From positions 3,780,001 to 3,812,000 of the forward strand of contig NC_008312.1 in assembly GCF_000014265.1 (NCBI RefSeq): 32,000 nt of DNA. Direction: 5' to 3'. Below are positions 27,289 through 32,000 of this stretch, piece by piece. The DNA comes from Trichodesmium erythraeum IMS101 (GTDB lineage Bacteria > Cyanobacteriota > Cyanobacteriia > Cyanobacteriales > Microcoleaceae). How positions within the stretch are numbered: position 1 is the stretch's first letter; every line of letters starts with the position of its first letter. The notes under the pieces are model-generated. The model worked only from the letters and a program-made list of their open reading frames with translations, made no database searches and was not told the DNA's origin. Made by a program: the position numbers and the translations under genes.

Positions 27289-27590
27289 TCAAGTTCCAGT
27301 AACGGATGTAGGATTCTTATCATCAATGATTCTACATTCACCCATATGGTTTAAATTAACAATATTTCTATCATCAACCCAGTAAGTAAACTCTCCTGTA
27401 GCGCATATAACCTCCTTCCACTATAGGATCAGGCTTTTGACCCCAACTTCCCAATACCCCTCCCCAAGTTTTAACTATTGTTCCCCAGATTTTTAAACTT
27501 TAAGCTAAAATATTTCTTGCTCCATTGTCGTCTCTATCAACAATATAACCACAGTGTGGACATTATACGATATCATGGTGCTGGCCTTCT
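27289..27590 (-). pseudogene. C-terminal relic of an IS200/IS605-family TnpB (OrfB)
   Basis: The minus strand reads ..CPHCGYIVDRDDNGARNILA*SLKIWG.. This is the zinc-ribbon CxxC plus the DRDxNxAxNI RuvC-III motif, followed by a stop and frameshifts. No N-terminal part and no tnpA are present. Confidence 0.5.
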
Positions 27591-28268
27591 AGTAATTTTA
27601 GGTCAAACTTTTACGATACATTAGGATACATATTTACAGCTAAAATTTAGACTAGGAAAAAGATTTAACCTATCCATAACCTAGTGATAGTAAAAATCTT
27701 GAATATTTTTCAACAAAAGCTTAACTTACCAAAAATATTATCTACAATTCTATACAAAAAATCTTTTACATGCAGACATCCAAAAACCTACCTGTCATTA
27801 TCCAGGTAGGTTTTTCACCCTTGTTTGCTGATAAACTCTGAAAGCGTTAACTGATATTGGCAAGTGCATTTTCTTTTTTGTCTTCAAAAAAGTGCCAGCT
27901 TTTCAGCTCCACTTAGCTCACCCACAGAACATATTTTAGACTCACCATGCTAGAAGGCAACAAGAGGCAAATATATCCTATCCTACTACCTCCTAATTAA
28001 TTTCCATTTCTCCTGAGCTTTAAGTTTAACCCCAACCCATCCATACTTTTTCAGCCAGCCCTAACTAGCTATCAACTTTTAGCATTGAGCTAGCTTCCTA
28101 ATTCGAGCAAACCCCAAGCGCCAAATGCTTGAGTCGGAGTTAAAAAAATACTCTTATAGTATGTTATGAAAATTATCCTACTAATTGCAAACCGCTTTTT
28201 TAATACTTTGAGATTCTTGATTAATTGAGAAAATTATTCACTATCACCATCCCAAAGACTCCGAATAT

Positions 28269-28580
28269 TTAACCTAGAAATGTAGCTGTTTGCTGACCAG
28301 GTATTAGCATTTGAAGCTGTTCTTCCTCATTAGGCTCTACTGCAGAAAGTTCAACATGATTTAATAGGGTCGTTACAAAAGCAAATAGCAAAAAAGGTAG
28401 AGATAGAACTACCACTAGAGCAATAGCCCCCAGAGCATAGGCTTGGCTGCTGCTAGTCCAAAGAGCAACCCCTCCAGCAATACTCAAAAATACTACTATT
28501 AACCAAACAATAATTTGGCCATAAATATCACCGAAGGTAAGGGTACAACTAAGCCGATATTTTTTTGTATTATTCATCAC
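28269..28580 (-). CDS. hypothetical small membrane protein (103 aa, two predicted TM helices)
   Basis: Has hydrophobic segments IIVWLIVVFLSIAGGVALW and LGAIALVVVLSLPFLLFAFVTTLL. No family recognised. Confidence 0.55.
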   Translation of the reverse strand: MMNNTKKYRLSCTLTFGDIYGQIIVWLIVVFLSIAGGVALWTSSSQAYALGAIALVVVLSLPFLLFAFVTTLLNHVELSAVEPNEEEQLQMLIPGQQTATFLG

Positions 28581-28789
28581 TTTACCTCGTTTTTTAATTT
28601 ATAGGTTAAACTACTTGTTAAACTAGGGTAAGATTGCTTAATATCTTTTATCGTAATTGTTACGATACTTTACATTAATATTCAACAACTTTATGTCTAT
28701 ACTTAAATTATTACATATAAGAAATAGTATAGTTAAGAAAAAAATATTTTATTTTCTCTTGGAAAATAATAAGCATATCCTAAAAATGA

Positions 28790-30340
28790 CTAAGGTGCCC
28801 AGTGAGGACTCAAACCAGTCAGAGGTAATTCTTCTGGTTTAAGTTGCCATTTTGAATCATTCTCTAGTATTTTAACGTCTAAAGGTAACATCCATAAACG
28901 ACTGATTTTTTCCAAATTTTCAGGTCCTTTCCCTTTTATTAATCTAGTCACCATCTGGTCAAATAATAATACTAAGCCATCTGGTGATAAATCCATATTA
29001 ACTGACCTTTGATTTGGCAAAATAATTAAAGGTATTAAATAATTTTTCTTAAGATCAAATGCTGCAATATAAAGTTGTTTTTTATCTTCCTCTGTATTCT
29101 CAATTCCTTCCGTTAATAAGCAATATAAAATAGTTTTCGTCGGGTCAAATTCTGTACTCAGAATATTATCATAAGGACGAGTTCGTAATAGCTCTTTTTC
29201 TTCACCTTGATTCGTCACAATATATAGAGATCGTGTACCATCTTGATTATATTTTACCATTGTTGCCATAGAACCATCTTTGCTGAAGCTTAAGACCCTG
29301 CCAAACTTTGGTAAAAATATTAAATCTTCTGAATCCGTTTCAGGATTTATAGGTATAATAGACGTACCTTCCCCTTGTAAAATTACTAAACTCTGGCTAT
29401 CTGGAGTAATTAAAAAGTCTCCACCTTTTTGAACTTCTCCATCTTTATTCGTTAGGGGTCTGACTTTTTTTCCTAATTCTAATACCCAAGGACCAGCATC
29501 AAATACATCTTTTCTATTTACTCGTTGAATTACAATTATTTTACCATCAAGAGATAAGTCAAATTTCAAATTTTGGTACTCTGAATTATCCAGAAGTTTT
29601 TCAATTTTACCTACCACTTTTTCTGAAGATTCTGATTTTTCTATTGAATATTGATCATTAACACCAGTTGTGACAGTATATATTTTTTGTTCCAAAGAAC
29701 TTGGGACACCATTGAACTTTTCAACTGCTGAAAACACAACCTTTTTTCCCTCTGGAAAAAACTTAAAATCTAACACTTCTAGATTTTCAGGAGTTAGGAA
29801 TATTCCCTGTTGCTGTTCAGTTAAATTAACTAAAACTAACCTACCTTTTTCTTTCCCTTCAATACCTATATAAGCAAATGCGCGATCGCGACTTTGAAAC
29901 GAACCTTCAAAAGGTTCCATTACCTCTCCCTTATCTAACCCATAAAACTTTTCTTTCGCCCCAGATAATTTTAAAGTATATTTATTACCATAGGGAACAG
30001 AACTTAAAACAGTATAAGCCATTCTCCGACCTGCCCAACTTACCTTTCCTGGTAAAGGCGGCTCAATTTGTAAATGTTTCTCAACACTAGCATGGTTCAT
30101 AGGCCGATTAAAATTTAGTATAAAAGCCGTATCTTCAAAACCTATCTTTTGATCTTGCCAACTAAAATCTCTAACTTTTGGAGCTATATTTCCTCCTACT
30201 ACAAGTACCAGGCAAATTAACAAGGTTATACAAATAATTAAACTAATAGCAACTCGGTCAAGAGGTTCTCGTAATTCCTCTAAAATAATAGTTTGAGCTT
30301 CGCGAAATAGGTAGTTGATTTTTTTTCTTAAATTCACCAT
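28790..30340 (-). CDS. membrane-anchored protein with an Ig-like (SbsA/Big_5-type) domain and a TolB-like beta-propeller region
   Basis: N-terminal TM segment is VAISLIICITLLICLVLVVGG. Then comes FILNFNRPMNHASVEKHLQIEPPLPGKVSWAGRRMAYTV..YTLKLSGAKE, typical of Ig-like surface domains. The rest is beta-rich with repeated ..DG..I/V.. turns. The domain call is from recollection. Confidence 0.7.
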   Translation of the reverse strand: MVNLRKKINYLFREAQTIILEELREPLDRVAISLIICITLLICLVLVVGGNIAPKVRDFSWQDQKIGFEDTAFILNFNRPMNHASVEKHLQIEPPLPGKVSWAGRRMAYTVLSSVPYGNKYTLKLSGAKEKFYGLDKGEVMEPFEGSFQSRDRAFAYIGIEGKEKGRLVLVNLTEQQQGIFLTPENLEVLDFKFFPEGKKVVFSAVEKFNGVPSSLEQKIYTVTTGVNDQYSIEKSESSEKVVGKIEKLLDNSEYQNLKFDLSLDGKIIVIQRVNRKDVFDAGPWVLELGKKVRPLTNKDGEVQKGGDFLITPDSQSLVILQGEGTSIIPINPETDSEDLIFLPKFGRVLSFSKDGSMATMVKYNQDGTRSLYIVTNQGEEKELLRTRPYDNILSTEFDPTKTILYCLLTEGIENTEEDKKQLYIAAFDLKKNYLIPLIILPNQRSVNMDLSPDGLVLLFDQMVTRLIKGKGPENLEKISRLWMLPLDVKILENDSKWQLKPEELPLTGLSPHWAP

Positions 30341-30535
30341 TAGTTTTACCCTTGTATTTCACAAAAAAATATCCTATTTTTATTGGGAAAATCCTATTTA
30401 TTATGTTGAACAAAAAAATACATTAAAAAAAATAAAAACAACCATGATCATAGAATATCATAATTGTTTTGTCAATTTTAGGAAATAACCTTTCTCGGGA
30501 ATTTTTTTGACCAGTAGGTGTAGGCATAAATAAAT

Positions 30536-30615
30536 CAGAACTTACCCAAATATGTGAAATTATACACCATTTGTAGAAGTAGCTTTACTATATAATAGTA
30601 AATAAGTAAGTCCTG
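30536..30615. repeat. small inverted-repeat element (CAGAACTTAC ... GTAAGTCCTG)
   Basis: 30536-30545 and 30606-30615 are reverse complements at 9 of 10 positions and enclose 60 nt. The core motif is the same as in the 207-385 element. Confidence 0.3.
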
Positions 30616-30956
30616 TAAACATTAAAACAAAAAATATCAAAAAGAAGCCAAAAGTTACCTTTCAAACACTTGGTTTTTATAATTTTTTTAGGCTTCGATA
30701 GTATTTAGAGTAAACTTTTGCACTTCCCTTTTCAGGAAAATGCAAAATAGTTTAGATAAAGTTCAATAGCTTTGTGATTCTTTCCATCCCTCCTTATAAG
30801 CTCCTTAGCTTTTATAAAATAGTGACTCAATAAAAATCAAACCCCGAAAAATTAGGATTAATTTCTATTGCTTGACTTAACAATAAAATGTAGGGAAATT
30901 TATAAAATATTCCTACATTATAGCATGACAAAAATTCTCAAGTTTCAACCACAAAA

Positions 30957-32000
30957 TTAATGCCCAATTCCCACATACTGAAAACCAGCAGCTTCCAACT
31001 GTTTACGATCGCAGAAATTCCGACCATCAACAAACAAATTATGCTCCATCGACTTCACCATCTTCCCATAGTCTAACTTTTGAAACTGTGCCCAGTCCGT
31101 CACCAAAACCAAAGCATCACAAGTATCAGCAAGCCTTTCTGAGTCAGTCTCCACAAGTACACCTGTTAAACCATCACGTATACCAGACTGAGAAATAATT
31201 GGATCATAAGCCTTCACCTTTGCCCCCAACCTATTCAACTCTTGAATCAAATCTAGAGAAGGTGCATCCCGCATATCATCAGTATCAGGTTTAAAAGTCA
31301 AACCCAATAACCCAATAGTCTTACCCTTGAGAATTTTCAAATACTGCTGTAACTTATCCACCACTATCATCCGTTGACGCCTGTTCACCTCAACTGCTGC
31401 TTTCAACAAATGTGCTTCACAACCATAGTCATCAGCAGTATGAACCAAAGCAGAGATATCTTTCGGGAAACAGGAACCACCCCAACCAAGACCAGCCTGT
31501 AAAAACTTATTACCAATACGAGAATCTAATCCGATACCCTTAGCAACCTGAGTCACATCTGCACCTACGCGATCGCATATATTAGCAATCTCATTCACAA
31601 AACTAATCTTAGTTGCCAAAAAAGAATTAGCAGCATACTTAATCATTTCTGCAGAGCTCAAATCTGTAATTACCACTGGCACTGGTGGCAGAGACTGTTC
31701 ATCACCATACTTGCGTGTTACTAAAGGCCTATAAAGTTCCTGCATCATATCTAATGCCTTTTGACTATTACTTCCCAACACAATTCTATCTGGGTTAAAA
31801 GTATCAAAGATAGCCGAACCTTCACGCAAAAACTCTGGGTTACTAACTACATCAAACTCTACTTCAATCTCTGTACGAGTTCCCCCTTCTTCTTTTTTAT
31901 GTTCCTCAACACCATCCAAAACAATTCTCCGTACCCAGTCACCAGATCCAATAGGTACAGTTGATTTATTAACAATTACTTTGTAACCTTTAATCATATG
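30957..32000 (-). CDS. ugd: UDP-glucose 6-dehydrogenase, N-terminus beyond the window edge
   Basis: Carries NPEFLREGSA, the catalytic-Cys motif GWGGSCFPKDI, and the C-terminal UDP-binding region GLTFKPDTDDMRDAPS. The Rossmann GxGxxG N-terminus is absent and the frame is open to position 32000. Confidence 0.9.
   Translation of the reverse strand, partial: HMIKGYKVIVNKSTVPIGSGDWVRRIVLDGVEEHKKEEGGTRTEIEVEFDVVSNPEFLREGSAIFDTFNPDRIVLGSNSQKALDMMQELYRPLVTRKYGDEQSLPPVPVVITDLSSAEMIKYAANSFLATKISFVNEIANICDRVGADVTQVAKGIGLDSRIGNKFLQAGLGWGGSCFPKDISALVHTADDYGCEAHLLKAAVEVNRRQRMIVVDKLQQYLKILKGKTIGLLGLTFKPDTDDMRDAPSLDLIQELNRLGAKVKAYDPIISQSGIRDGLTGVLVETDSERLADTCDALVLVTDWAQFQKLDYGKMVKSMEHNLFVDGRNFCDRKQLEAAGFQYVGIGH

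Overview
AT-rich cyanobacterial chromosomal DNA. I count 19 exact HIP1 octamers (GCGATCGC) by eye. Coding density is low, with kb-scale non-coding tracts and several decayed genes. This fits a Trichodesmium-like filamentous cyanobacterium, but that is inference only. Housekeeping genes recognised from motifs are tgt, cobS, tRNA-Arg(CCG), pyrE, thiC with a TPP riboswitch, a HAD hydrolase, sdhA and a 5'-truncated ugd. The part worth attention is an ~11 kb accessory segment (about 14.4-25.5 kb) between the HAD gene and sdhA. It is bracketed by two directly oriented, decayed Uma2/DUF820-type endonuclease pseudogenes. Inside it are a 1481-aa caspase (peptidase C14) - STAND P-loop NTPase - 14xWD40 NLR-like gene, a phytochelatin-synthase-like gene 33 nt upstream of it, and two convergent orphan genes, one of them a coiled-coil protein with a membrane anchor. 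The WD40 region is 14 near-identical 123-bp units whose differences cluster in a few codons. The ORF ends at a single in-frame TAA, and reading continues open for another 111 codons. Other points are relics of a group II intron maturase and of a TnpB, an 87-nt in-frame insertion with a palindrome in thiC, and several dispersed or tandem repeat families. All homology calls rest on motifs recognised by eye; no database search was possible.
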